From: Phoronis australis
Lineage: Eukaryota; Animalia; Phoronida
Assembly (NCBI GenBank): GCA_002633005.1
Contig: NMRA01000539.1
Location: forward strand, 124,001 to 188,000
Direction: 5' to 3'
Length of the DNA: 64,000 nucleotides
Shown: piece after piece, positions 39,076 through 52,100 of the stretch
Position numbering within the stretch: the first letter of the stretch is position 1
Layout: each line of letters begins with the position of its first letter
Position numbers and translations under genes: made by a program
Notes under the pieces: model-generated
The model's input: the letters and a program-made list of their open reading frames with translations, nothing else
What the model was told of the DNA's origin: nothing
The model's database searches: none

Positions 39076-42000
39076 ATGGCTGATATGAAGTTTACGAGAG
39101 ACACATATTTGTGGTGCATGGCAGTTGTTTATTTGTTTGCCTTTGGCTCGTTGTACGTTCAAATTCCAGGTTCGTATTTCCTGCCTGTTGCCAACAGTAC
39201 TGTGCCTGTGCTGTGCCTGTGGTGGGCTACAATCCCACGGCCACGGTGACCTCGTCCACATGTTCCAACACTTCCACCTCAGCTCCACTGCTGGCACTAG
39301 TGCAGATGTTATGTTCTATCACGTCACTGGCTCTATACTGCAAACTAACCAAAGAACATGCCTGTTGCAGACAAAAACATAATTCCTCACTTATTGAGGT
39401 CTTGAGGACCTCGGCTGACAAACAGGTGCTCAGACTTGCAAACAAACATGGCTCAGAATCATCAAGCAGGGTAGAAAAAACATCTTCTCCAGACCCAGTG
39501 GTGGTGTTAAACGGGCGACTTGAGCATCGAAATCGATCAGCTAAAGAGAAATTTCTAATAATTGCCAGTGATTTAGAGGGCCTTGTGCTTTATCATGAAC
39601 TACACACCACAAAAAAGGGTAATAGTCGAATATCACGTGCCTGCATTTTGCCAGAGAACCAGTCTTCTCCACTGAATAATAGGAATCCAACTGACTCTCA
39701 AAATTAAAAGCGACTTTTACTTACAGAGGTCGTTATGACTAAGCAGTCACATCTCTCCTCTTCTCCTCTTTCTTGTGCTGATTAAGCGTGTCACCTGACA
39801 CGTTGGCCACTTCTTGTTAGGGAGCTTAGGGCCATCGCCCACTTGAGAGGAAGGTTGGTTGAGGGCAATTGCCTTCCTCAACTCAGTCATCACTAATTCT
39901 ATTCTCGGATGACACCACCTAACCACCTATCATCGACAAAGCCACAAGTAGTTAATATTAATTTTTGCAGAAGTGATTCTATCCTTGAAGCGAACTTTAA
40001 ATCATTGGAGGAGAATTTGTGTTCTTGATCAGGGAAATTTCTCAAGATTTTAAAATATTTTTCACATTAGGTAATGGGGCCGATATTTGGGCCCATAATC
40101 AAAGGGCCTTGCCCTAGAGGCTATGGCTCCCTCCTCTCTGGCTAGAAGAAGGACTCTTGACCATCCATGAGGAAGTGTTAACATCTTGTTTGGTCGTGGT
40201 TTCTGTTGTTGAATGCCACCGTAAATACCCAAACTGACCTGTCAATTCACAGATCAGTCACTTCCTCATCTGTTCAACTCTTACTGAAGGCAATAACTGG
40301 ATATCTACAAGTACACTCCTCAGTGTATGGTGTACAATGTTCTCCACGAACTGTTGCAACCTGGGAGTAATTTGAGGTTGGTCTTAGGTTTTAACAGGTC
40401 ATGGTGTCCAGTTTGGTATTGCCTTTGACCAGTTTAAATAGTATGTGACACATTTAAACAAAAGAGTATAATTCTGTGTGTTTGCCATGATATGCTCGCA
40501 CTTCACTCTGATGTAACGAAAATTTATCTATAACCAAATAGAGATGCTTGGGTAACATTTTTATTTCAAGTATGTGAGAGCAAATTCTCCCGATATAATG
40601 AAATTCTGCCGATGGAATGAAATTCTCCCATCTTGATAAACTGGTTTTATTATTCATGCACTGTCTTATCTCTTGGCCTTGGATGTGAAGACAGGACTGC
40701 ATGACTAGGAAATCAACAGTATGAAGTTCGTAATTGGTGAGCTTACATTGAGCTGGACATTTTTGCGCAAGCCATCGTATTCAATTGTTAGATTGGACTG
40801 TGCTCAAGGAGTTAGAATATATTCAGAGTCCAAGTAAGCACTTTTTGGATCTGTAAAGGTTTTGCACATCTAGACAGGTTTTGATTGGCTGGAGTATACA
40901 TGTACGAAGTGTTCCTACTCTTCTTAGTGCATGTGTACTTGTGTTGCGAACGTATTCTGAAATTGTGGACATATCTTGTGAAACGGGCACTGTCTTTGAA
41001 ATATCCCCTGGAGTTTTGGTACAGTTAGCAACACAGTCAGCCCTGTCCTTGACTTGGATAGAGTAAAAGTAAAAGTTGCGTGTTCAATATATAACTTCAT
41101 TCATGTCATAATTGCAAATGAATGGCTGACTTTCTGCTGCAGGGTTATATGGTGACAATGGCTTACTACCAGCTCGTCTCGTTCTGGAGAAAGGTAATCA
41201 GATTCATGTTTTAACATTTGAGTTTGAATACATTTATGCCTTTTTGGTTTTATCAAGCTTTTTCTGTTCTATACCCGAAGCTAAATGCACTCTAACTGGA
41301 TAACTTTAAAACAGATGTTCCTTAGTTCAAAAATTAATGTGCTGGTAAAATAATGATTTGTTGTGTCGCTTTAAGTTATATTGATTGCTACATTTATGAT
41401 TCAAAAATGGCCAAATTCAAAATAAGATAGAGCAAGAAGAAAACGGGAAAAGCTTGAAAACCTGCGAGCTTCATGTGGGAAACAAAAGTGTGAAGTTTGA
41501 TGCCTTATTTCATGACTTGATTTTTTGTGACCATGGCAGTATTAAATAAAAACATTGTACACTTGCTGTTTTGTATTATGGGATCTACCAAGGTAATGCT
41601 TGACACTGAGTATTCCTTTAAATTATATGTCCAGTCTCTTCTTGATAAAGGATGCAAACTTGACAATGTTTTAATTTATAAACATACATTCTCTCAAAGT
41701 CACCAATTATATTTCTGAAAACCTTGTTTAATTTGACTGTGGTTCCTTTCCGAGGCCAAAAGTATGCTACTTCAAAGTGGCAAAACAAGTTAAAGATGTT
41801 CTAGGGCTCCAAATATTCTACATGTTATGTTGATGTTGTAGAATAAAATCGTTGAAATTTGAAATGGTTACGTCGCACACAGTTATCAATGAAAACAAAC
41901 AGAGACTTGTCATCTTCATGTGTACACGTCCCAACAAAATTGTTAGACTTGTTATAAACTGTTGTGCATGAAATCTCACTTTAAATTATTTGTTAATTAG

Positions 42001-45000
42001 TCTTAAAGTCTCAAGAGCTCGACAAATTAAAGTGCTAATGACCTGACCTCATTTCTGCAGCTCCAACCAGTTTCAAAGATTTCATGGAGCACCAGCCGTC
42101 ACTTGTACGCTTGATGCCCCTGATTGGTCTAGACGCCGCTACTGGTATGGACTTGCTCTGCCTACTGGGTATCATTGTCTCTGCGCTGTGCGTCACATTT
42201 GCAGCACAACGAGACACTGTCAGCTTCGTCATACTGTGGTTCTTGTACTTCTCTATCTATCAAGTTGGCCAGACGTTTCTATGGTTTCAGTGGTAAGTGG
42301 AAGATGTGGTTGCTGCAAATATTTGTGACTTTCTATACTGTATGTAGCTAAGCCCCACCGCCATCTTGGAACCAGCTTAAAGGGACATGATTGGTTTTAT
42401 GGCCAAATATACCTTTCTGTGGAGTAATGTTGTATGGGGTAGACCTCTTAAAGTTATAAGCTTTGATGAGAGTGCAAAACAACAAAGCCGTTGTGTTTGT
42501 GATTTAGTAGAAATTTGACTGTCAGCCACGAATTAATTTTGGCACGTAAAATGCTAACTTGTTAATTACAAATTTTAGTGTTCAATTGCAGCAATGTGTG
42601 AAGTCTCTTCAGATTTAAATAATCTATAAGTTGACGGCTATTATTTTGTGGCAGGAGTATATTTGAGGTTTCGATATTTTTAAATTATTTACGTTGGCTG
42701 TCACCAAGTTCTCACCAAGCTATTTGAGTGTGGTTGCCCAACACCGTTAAATTTGAACACCACGCTCAAATGCTGAGCCCCCATGCTCTATTCTGACTGT
42801 GATTTGTTTTAAGTCTTGTCACAACCTGCAAAGCATTGTCGCATATTTCAGTCTAGTACCCACTGCAGTCTGTTTCTTACCATTTTTATTGAAATCATGT
42901 TACTCAACTACGACGCAACTGTTCACGTACAACTATGAATACACTACACGGTGATCTTCCCTTTGAGTTTTAGCTGATGGTAGCTAATGACAACGTTCCA
43001 TAGTTCCTTTTGTGCTCAATTTTAATACCGGCGAGAACACTGTAACAGTAGTATTGCATTTTCGTTGCATATTGGAAACAGTAATACCTCGAAAGTAAAT
43101 TCTATAGACTGCAAAAGTATCACACAATAAAAATGTTGAGAGCATTTACATTTTCTTACTTCAGGAACATAACAATCACGTGTTTTGTACATACGCGCAC
43201 GCCGCAGATCACATCTCGGAAATTGCCGATTTGACGGATGACAATGAATGAGCACAATGAAATTAAACAACGCCGTTTTACAGCTTGTAAGATTCCTAAT
43301 AAACGTATTTTGAATATTGCAATGCATGTGTTCCAAATCTAAATAACTTGGGTCCTATATTTTTGTATTCGTGCGCGCCGAATGAAAGTAATCGTGAGTG
43401 TTGCTGTGTTGCAAAATCTCTTATCCTGGGCCGATTTGAAAGATTCAAAGTTGTACTCATTTTCTGCATACTGCCACGTTGTTATACATTTGTAGAATGT
43501 AATGGAATCTATGGTATAGTGTGTCTTAACAAAACCTCTGTGATATGCACCAGACGAATGAGTGCACTTGTGTTGAATTTTAGTGCCACGTATGCAGTCA
43601 CCCGAAATGGTTATTGTGCATGTCTTGTGCTGGAAAGTTTTGATATACCCTGTATTCAGGACTGTTCAGATCCAAATTTATGACTGTGTGCTCAAGCTAA
43701 GGTGCTCTGTATTTTAGGGACATACTTCTGCTGGAAGTGGGTTTCCTGACCATTCTTGTGGCACCCATGAACTTCAAAGTGTGGTTTGGCGGCCATGTTG
43801 CCCACCATCACCACGACCAAGTTACGATGTGGCTCGTGAGGTGGCTACTGTTCCGTCTGATGTTTGCCTCAGGAGTTGTAAAATTACAGAGCCATTGCCC
43901 CACTTGGTGGGGACTGACAGGTGAGTGGGGTCAAGGTCAAGGCAGGCTGACGTGCTCGGTAATGGTATAAATTTGGCTATCATTGACATTATGATATTCT
44001 TCCTGACGAACCCCCCTTGCTCTGTCTTGCAAAACGGGATTCAAAGTGGGTGTAGGTTTGGTTAGAAATGATCTGAGTTTGGATAATTGATCTAGTTGCT
44101 ATTCTTTAAGTTGATTTTGATCAAAAGTCAATATCGTAGTTCGTGACGGTGAAATTCTATAAGTTGACAAACATCATTTTGCAAAATTGCAAATCCTTCG
44201 TGGAAACCAAACCCATACATATTGAATACTTCATATTGCAATTGGTATGATAAGTGATATTTTTTATCATTATCACCGTCTTGAAAAGTCATGATATGGT
44301 CAGTTTGTGGTCATAGTTGTTTCGTTCACTATTTCATTCATTCACTAACTAAAAGTTACATTTTCTATTTGCAGCTTTGAACTACCACTACGAGACACAG
44401 GTATGGTAATCACTCAATGTCACATTAACTTTAGTTCATTTAACACTAACAGCGAAAATGATTTGACCTAAACAATTTTCAATAGCTTTTGTTTAGAGTT
44501 CCTGGACCCAATTTTGTTGCAAAAGATGTTTAAAATCAACTTTGAGCTAATTTTGCGTATGTAACACATTAAAACAGTTATTAATGATTTTTCATCCAGG
44601 TACGAAAAATCCCCAAAGCCGTGTGTTTTTGTATTCTCTAACAATAGATGTGGAAAATTTTAATTAGTGTCCCCCAAAAAATCTGAAACATCATCAATTA
44701 AACGCTAATGACCTCAGCTGAAAACTCAGAAAATATTGTCTAGTTTTTATTCCGCAACAATTCAAAACCAATCGTAGTAAAAAAGAAAAGACTTCAGTAA
44801 GTACTTAAATTCACACTTAAAGGGTTAACTGCCTTATTCTGGTTTCATATATTTTTCAAGGTACAAAATTCCGTATGATCCCACTCGGCAGGAGTTCATT
44901 GTTCAGTATACGTAGTTCAGCCTTTAGATTTGAGGTTCAGTCCATTTTTTGAGTCTGGGTAAGCGTGTTCTCAGAGTTTCCTTATTTTATTCAGAGATCT

Positions 45001-45550
45001 GACCAGGTCATTTATGATCTTGGTTTGGTTCATCAAAATAAACCAAATACTTATTGATGTTCCCACTATTAGGTATATTGTTTACACGTTACAGTTTATA
45101 AAGAGCATACACAACCTCTTATATAAGGTATCTGATCAACTAGAAATTATGAGAGTGCTCCCAGAAACTTTTTATTTATTTTGTTTTTCAGTGTATCCCT
45201 ACGCCATTGGCGTGGTTTGCCCATCACTTGCCCGAGTGGTTTCAGAAACTCAGTGTTGCTGCTGTTTATCTCATTGAGATTGCCATACCGGTTTTATTCT
45301 TCGCACCGGTCAGGCGACTCAGAATATTTTCCGCTTTATGTCAGGTGCGTATTTGGAGATCTGATTTCTCTTTTTAAAGATCTACTTTCTGTTGTAGTGT
45401 ATTCCTATGCCACTGGCCTGGTATGCGCACCAACTACCCGAGTGGTTTCAAAAACTTTGTGTTGCGTCTGTGTTTGTAATACAGATCATGATTTCCTTTC
45501 TCTTCTTTGCACCCATTCGATGTCTACGAATATTTTCTGCACTATGTCAG
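39076..45550 (+). CDS. LMF2: Lipase maturation factor 2, 5' part (gene appears to continue beyond the window)
   Basis: Exons 39076-39169 ([31 protein letters not shown]), 41143-41193 ([12 protein letters not shown]), 42061-42292 (..[20 protein letters not shown]), 43718-43920 ([10 protein letters not shown]...[30 protein letters not shown]), 44375-44400 (ALNYHYETQ), then 45192-45344 or 45398-45550 (CIP(T/M)PLAW..H.LP.WFQKL). The expected next exon (TGNYNFFN motif) was not found by eye in the window. Confidence 0.93.
45398..45550 (+). CDS. LMF2: Alternative (duplicated) LMF2 exon 6b with GC donor
   Basis: TTGTAG|TGT...CAG|GCAAGT; 153 nt, phase 0-0, 38/51 aa identical to exon 6a (45192-45344). 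Confidence 0.75.
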
Positions 45551-46565
45551 GCAAGTATCGCCCCCTGTTGACAAACATCAGGCACTTTAGTACACACTAA
45601 CAGACATAATTTCTGACATTTCTTTGTCCTTATTCTTACTGATGGTACCGTATTTGACATGGTTAATTCCAAAATGGGTGTTTATACTAAAAAAATAAAA
45701 AATGACGGATAAAGTGTAAGCCAAGTTCAGGGATTTAGAAGCAAGTTTTTGTTAGAGCCTTCAGCTGAACTGACATGCTACATCTGATTTCCGAACTGGC
45801 TATTCTGAATGCTTTTTACTGTTTGGGATTACAATGGCTACTTACCATAGTGCTTGGACTTTTGTGACTGGGTTATTGTGTTTGGGAATATTTGAAAATT
45901 GAACTTTTTCTTTGTTTGAACGCCAAAAATCGGTTAGTACTGCAGAAGATAAGAGAAGTAATATGCATTTCAAGTGCTGTTCCTTTGTTGATATGTTTCA
46001 ACCTCTTCTGCACAATGTGGCTAAGCAACACAGTGGGGTGACTTGACTCGTCAAGGAGATCTTAATTCCCCCAAAGAATGCTGTGAAATGTGAATGCCGG
46101 AACACGTCATGCAGTAAAAGTTAATGACCAGTGAATGTATAAGAGTTGAATAAAAATTTCACAGAATACAGGAAAGGTGTTAACTTTGTACCAGTTTTAG
46201 AGAATTGCAAGAACTATGAGAATTGAAATGAACAATCACAAAGGAACTAATTGTTGTGACTGAAGTCATAATGATGGGCGTATAGTCGAGCGTGGGATTT
46301 TAAAAATGAAAATGTGGATATTGAGTAGGGTGAAGGGGTCAAGACGAATGTGGGCGTGAACCTGAACGGATACGGTAACACCAGATTTGGTTACGTGGGA
46401 CTAAGAGTACCCGATTGCTGATAAAAATAAGCTGTTCTTCAGTGCCTTATGTTTTCAACAGATGGTTTTGCTTTTTTGCTTTGACTGCAGGATTGCTGCT
46501 TTTTGGCAATGGTTGTGCACATACCTTTATTTTGCGATATTGATGGAGTGCACCTTACATTTAAG

Positions 46566-46614
46566 CATGTATGTACATATGTATGTGTGTATATATGTAT
46601 GTATGTGTGTATGT
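46566..46614. repeat. (TATG)n/(TG)n microsatellite
   Basis: gcatgtatgtacatatgtatgtgtgtatatatgtatgtatgtgtgtatgt. Confidence 0.75.
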
Positions 46615-49125
46615 TTGGAAGTATTTATATGTGTCTTGTATATAATTATACATAATGTATTTAAATTTGTTAAAGTTCGATAACAGCCCTTCGTTAACAC
46701 AAACTTCGTTGAAAACACGACTAAACTTTTTGTTTGGAAGCTTGATACTGATTCGCTCGTAGTGTCGGACACATAATGTATTTATGTACTTAACTTTGTA
46801 CATACATGATGATGCCTGGCTTGCCTTACATTTTGTTTTGAAAGGTTGCAAGTAATTGATTTTCTTCCTTCATAAAGGAAACCCCTGGCAAGAGTGTTTT
46901 AGATACTATGTGCTGTATAATGAAGCAGTTAGAAATTAATGCTAATCAATAGCTGTTGTTGAGTCCAGGTGTGCTCTCAACCTGTACACGTTTAAAGCTG
47001 CAAGAAACCTTACAACCTCAATTTATTTCATAGACATATTGCAACATAGGACTTATTGCATTAATCGTTTGGATGTGCTTGCACGCAGCACGGAATTTCT
47101 TTAAGTCTCTGGAGAACTGACAATATTCTTTTAGGGTTTTGTCTGATTACGTTGGGCGTGTACTTTTAATCAGTAAATTGGCCGCTACCGCCAGGCATGG
47201 ATTCAAGCAGAACTTCAAGATGGGTTTTCCCCAATTTTTTGGGGGCCTCCATGACCAGTAACTCTTGACATTGTTTTGATGATCCCATGTCAAATTGCTG
47301 TTCTATTGTGTACTGTAGAGACATGGTTCTGCTATATTTTTTTCATATCTTACTTTCTACTGCAGCATTTGTATTCTTGTCAGGCCAATGAGTTCCTACA
47401 GCTGCTTTTAGCAAGTTAAGAGACACCTATGCTTACTTGTTAAATTTTCGTAGGCGTTAAACTGGTGAATAGGGCATCGTAGCTAGTGTGCCTAAATTTG
47501 TGTCAGTATGTCCAATTGGACACAGTGGACACCCTCTAGATGAAGGCCTGCCGCCAAGGATAAAATAACTCAATTCTGTTACAGAAGTGAGTATCAGGGT
47601 ACTTAACAACTAACAACTGATTGTTTGTTAGAGTCATTTATCAAAGATCACTCGGCACAACATGTTAAATACAACCAAAATTACAAAATCTCTGGCTACC
47701 ACCAACCATGGTTACTTCTGTCTGGAAGAATATCGTTTGCTGTCTGTTATCAACCAATTGAATTGTAGTTCTGTTTGTGACGTCATCATGATTCCCTTAT
47801 TCTGGATTAAATTCTCTTCTGATGTTTAGGTAGAAAAATGCATTGTATGATTGATAGTATTTTTGAAAGGTGGGCTTGCTAACCCACTTCTGACATGAGT
47901 TGTAGACATGGAAAACCTTTGATCGCACTTTACTCAGATTTTCAAGTTTTGCCTGCACTGAAATTCTATATGCATCAGTAAAAACGTATTGGGAGCAGGC
48001 TGTACTGCGGGACATGCTGCTTACTTTTGTGCAGCGCAGTACGTACATACCACAGAATCAATAGAGGGTGCTGTAGTATTCCAGGAAGTGGCTCTTAATA
48101 ATTTCTTATATTAATTGCTTGTAATGTTTCTTTAGGTGCTTTAAAAGCCGACTTTAGGTATTGCAAAATTATTGCTGGATGGGAATTTACTGCCACTAGA
48201 AACAGATCTTTCTTCCATTTTCACTGTCCTTTGATGCACTCAATAATTCACCAGCAGAGGGCAGTGGTGGTGGTAGCTCGTCTGTACATTATCACAATTC
48301 AGCTTGGACGGAGCGAAAATTATAAAAATTATAGCACCATGATTCTAAATAAGCCACACAGAAAGCCAAGACCACACTTTTTCACAACATTGAAACAAAT
48401 CACGCAATGTACACTGCTATGATACAATATGAAAACGACAAAACTGTCATTTTCTTGCTTGGCAACGACTTATCACTGATTGGTTTGACATTTCGTCACA
48501 GAACAATTCTAACACACTCTTAGTACAGCGGCAACTTTCAGAAAGTTGATGCTGGTCTTTGAACAGCATTAGTCTAGTGTGACTAGATTCATCTATTGAG
48601 CAAAGATCTGACATGCCTTCTGGGCAAACACTGTCAATAAATATTGACTTACGATCTAGTGTAGACACTCCTAACTAAGCACACGGTGTAGAGGTTCAAA
48701 TTTCATCTCGATATGTTTGTTTGCAACAGCATGAAAACTGAATAAAACTGACATGATATTGTGCGCCTATACATTAAAAAAATCTACATAAAACCTAGTG
48801 CTAAAGAAATCCCAACGTAACAAAAAATAAATACTGTCTTGTTTAAACCATCACTGATGTAAGGGATAAATGTCTAGTTGAATTGACCTAGTTTATGCGG
48901 TTAGAAATTTGAGTGATATATGCAGTGGATTATGGGTAGTCAGTGTTCCAAGCAAAATAAGCCAGCCGAAAACCACAGAGCATACGCCTAGATTTCTAGC
49001 CAGCAGGTGTGGTGAGAAAGGCAAATATACAAATCTCTAACCGTAAAAAATTCATTGGGGGTTTTGGAACACAGTGCCATTGGGTTTGCTTTATCTCATT
49101 CAACTGTTACCCAATATGAGACCTT

Positions 49126-52100
49126 TTATTCCACCGACTCTATTTTGATTGGACTAACATGCCATATCAGTCCTGGCATTAGTGAGAGGTACTCCATTAG
49201 GGTCACGTGCAGTTTAACCAACATGGCTGACGTTGATTTCTGGCTGTCACCTCGCACTTTCATGCGTAGCACAAGTCGAGTGTCGTCGTTATGGTCACGT
49301 GTCAATATTACAGACGTGTGTTCTGTTTTTGCGTAGACCAGGTTCTGCCAGTCGATTCTTTCTAGAACGTCGTTGTGGATGCGACATGAGAGCCGCTCAA
49401 ATACGCTCGTAGGATAGTGCATTGGGAACTTGTACGTCATCCGCGCCTCGTGTGTCTTTGGCGGGATCTTCTGCGGCCACACCTCCTCCATATCACTGGG
49501 ATGACGGTCTCGTATGTACCAAGGCAGTACCACCAGGGGGTCGGTCAGAGGTGTCGTTGTCGGGATTTCCGGTTGCGGAATAGCGTACATGAGATCTAAC
49601 TTTGGTAGTAAGTCAATCATCTGATAGAACTCATCATAGCTGAACTGGAGGTAGAAAAACAGACACTGCAGCAGCGGCCGCGAGATCATACCATACTGAA
49701 GCATATTTTGCTTAGCCTCCTCGAAGCTCGTCTCGTCGAATTTGCCCCGACTGACAAACAGGCGGTTCTGTTGGAAGTTGAGAAACGCTTCCATGTCGTA
49801 GCGGTAGATGCCTTTGAGGACTTCAAGGAGCTGCCGTGGTTTGTGGAACACCATGTGTTTTATCTGAGATATCTCCTCATACCAGAGTACTTCGCCAATG
49901 CTGCGGATGAACTTCATGCAGTCCATCAGCTGGCCGTCCACCATGTGGAAACGCTCACCGAACTGTACCACCTCCTCCCAGGTTAGGAAGAACTTCTTTG
50001 ACTGTTTCAGTGCTGCACGGAACTTACTCCAGTGTGCTGCAAAGAGAAATTTTGTAAAATTTATACAGAGGCAATCGCGCATTGATTAGATGTAAGTTAC
50101 CTTAATATGTTTACAACCGATCCAGGGATTTACAGTGTACTGAGCTCAGTGGAATCTGAGAAAGCGTGGGACATTATCAGTTACAAATTTTTGTTTAGTG
50201 AATAAGGAACTTGTAATTCACCAGGGGTTGCAAAAGAAGCACGGTATCTTCGCATAGAAATACCTGCATTCAGGTAAATCACATAGGTCCCTTATCTCAT
50301 GAATGGCCCTATTCTGCTCTTAATTCAGAAGTTAAAAAGAAGGACTTTTTATTATTCATTAGCACTACCAAGTGAATATTGAGTCACTCATTATATCTTT
50401 TTATCAGTGAATTGTCAAAGGTGGCGCTTGTTTTTCCATCACTACTCATCATGCTTAAGAACTCACGTGGAATATATTTCTGGGCATGTGGAAACAACTG
50501 GTCATCAATGGCCAACACTTCCACCTCGGCGGTCAAATCTCTTAGTCCACGTAGACTGTGGTCAGAGCTGACGAGCGTAATGGTCGACTGCACCTGCAGG
50601 GGGTGCTTGACCAGGTGCGCTAGTCTTGTCATCTGGTGGTGCAGGTTCACCAGGTGTGGCGGTAAGCCAGGGGGTAGCCCTGTCTTGTCGTCCACTCCCT
50701 GTAGCTCTTTACACTTAGCTAGCTCCTCTGTGATCTGCGGGTAGTAACAAGTGACAGTAACATAGAGGCATGCACTGGGTTGAAGATATTTTGTTAGTGT
50801 GCAGGAGGTGGGTGTTGAGCTAAACATGGTCATTAACCGGAATGTGGGCCTTAACCTGTATTAGTAAATGTTACATTATCCAAGTGAATGTTCACAAATG
50901 CACGATGGGATTAAAATCATTTTTTTTTCTTTTCCAACAGACAAATACTGACATTTGATTGGGGATTTCTCTGTCTAACTGCAATGAAGCTGTGAAAACA
51001 AGTAATTATTCGAACTTAAGTCATCACCACTGCAAGATATCTTCTCAAATTAAATATAACTATACTAAATTAAAACTTGTGCATTATGAAAATTGTCAGC
51101 TCTAGTGTTGCAATCTGATCTAAGTACAGCACGAAACATTAGAACTTAATGTTAGCACTGTTGAAAATGACATTCTTCAAAACTACAAAATTGTCTAAAA
51201 CTACGGTAGAACAAAAGCAAACAGAAAATGTTAATGACAGTTGATGGATTTTATGCATGTTATGAAATTGAAGAAGAATACAGTTTTTCCATGTAGTTCA
51301 GTGTTCGGGTACTCGGCAATCCTTTACAGACATATTTGTATTGATCAAATAATGACCAAGCTAAAATTGCAGCAAAATGTTTGTGAGAAAAGTAAGCAGA
51401 AGTTCAGATTTTTTACTGAATATAAAAGATTTACAGTAATCAAGCAAGTCTGAAAAGAGTCAGAAAACAGAAATTGACATCCACTAATTGGAAGATAAAT
51501 GAAGCTCAAAACACGAGTTGTCATGTTTTGTTGATCCATTATGTAAAGTATTAAGAATGTATAAAGAAATAAGACTTTGTTTTAATGAAGTTAGGTCTTT
51601 ATGAAAATGAAGAACTTACCACATATGTATATATAGTACACAGATAAAGATGCTTTGACATGTTTAGTTCACTACCGTATATACGTGCGTTTAATTGCGT
51701 CCATATGTAATGCTTGGTTTTTACCTAGCAAGCGTATGCACATGTTCTCCTATGTAAAACATACAATGCTTTTGACTAAGTTTATTTCCACATAGAAAGC
51801 AAGTGAAGGTCAAATTGTCCTTAATGGTAAATGCTGACATATTTTCAATTACTCGAGATGAAATTAATTAGTGTAACAGAGTTAGAATGGATAAAATACA
51901 AAGGTCATGTGCCTCTTCAACAGACATCTTTTTCACCTATTGGTAAATCTTAGAAGCATGTGCTTTTGTGCAAAATGGTTGTCTGAAGACATTTTTTGAA
52001 ACAAAAATTAAATTTAGATACATAGACCTAAATTTACGCATATACGGTAGGCATAAGGAGTAGAAGTAAACTTCAGATTTTTTGTGTCTACCTGAGCGTT

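Noticed and set aside
39111-39707. 198-aa plus-strand ORF overlapping the LMF2 start
   Set aside because: Wrong frame for LMF2 exon 1, runs through intron 1, non-ATG start and no recognisable motif.
45181-45600. 139-aa ORF spanning both LMF2 alternative exons
   Set aside because: Off-frame shadow of the two real exons.
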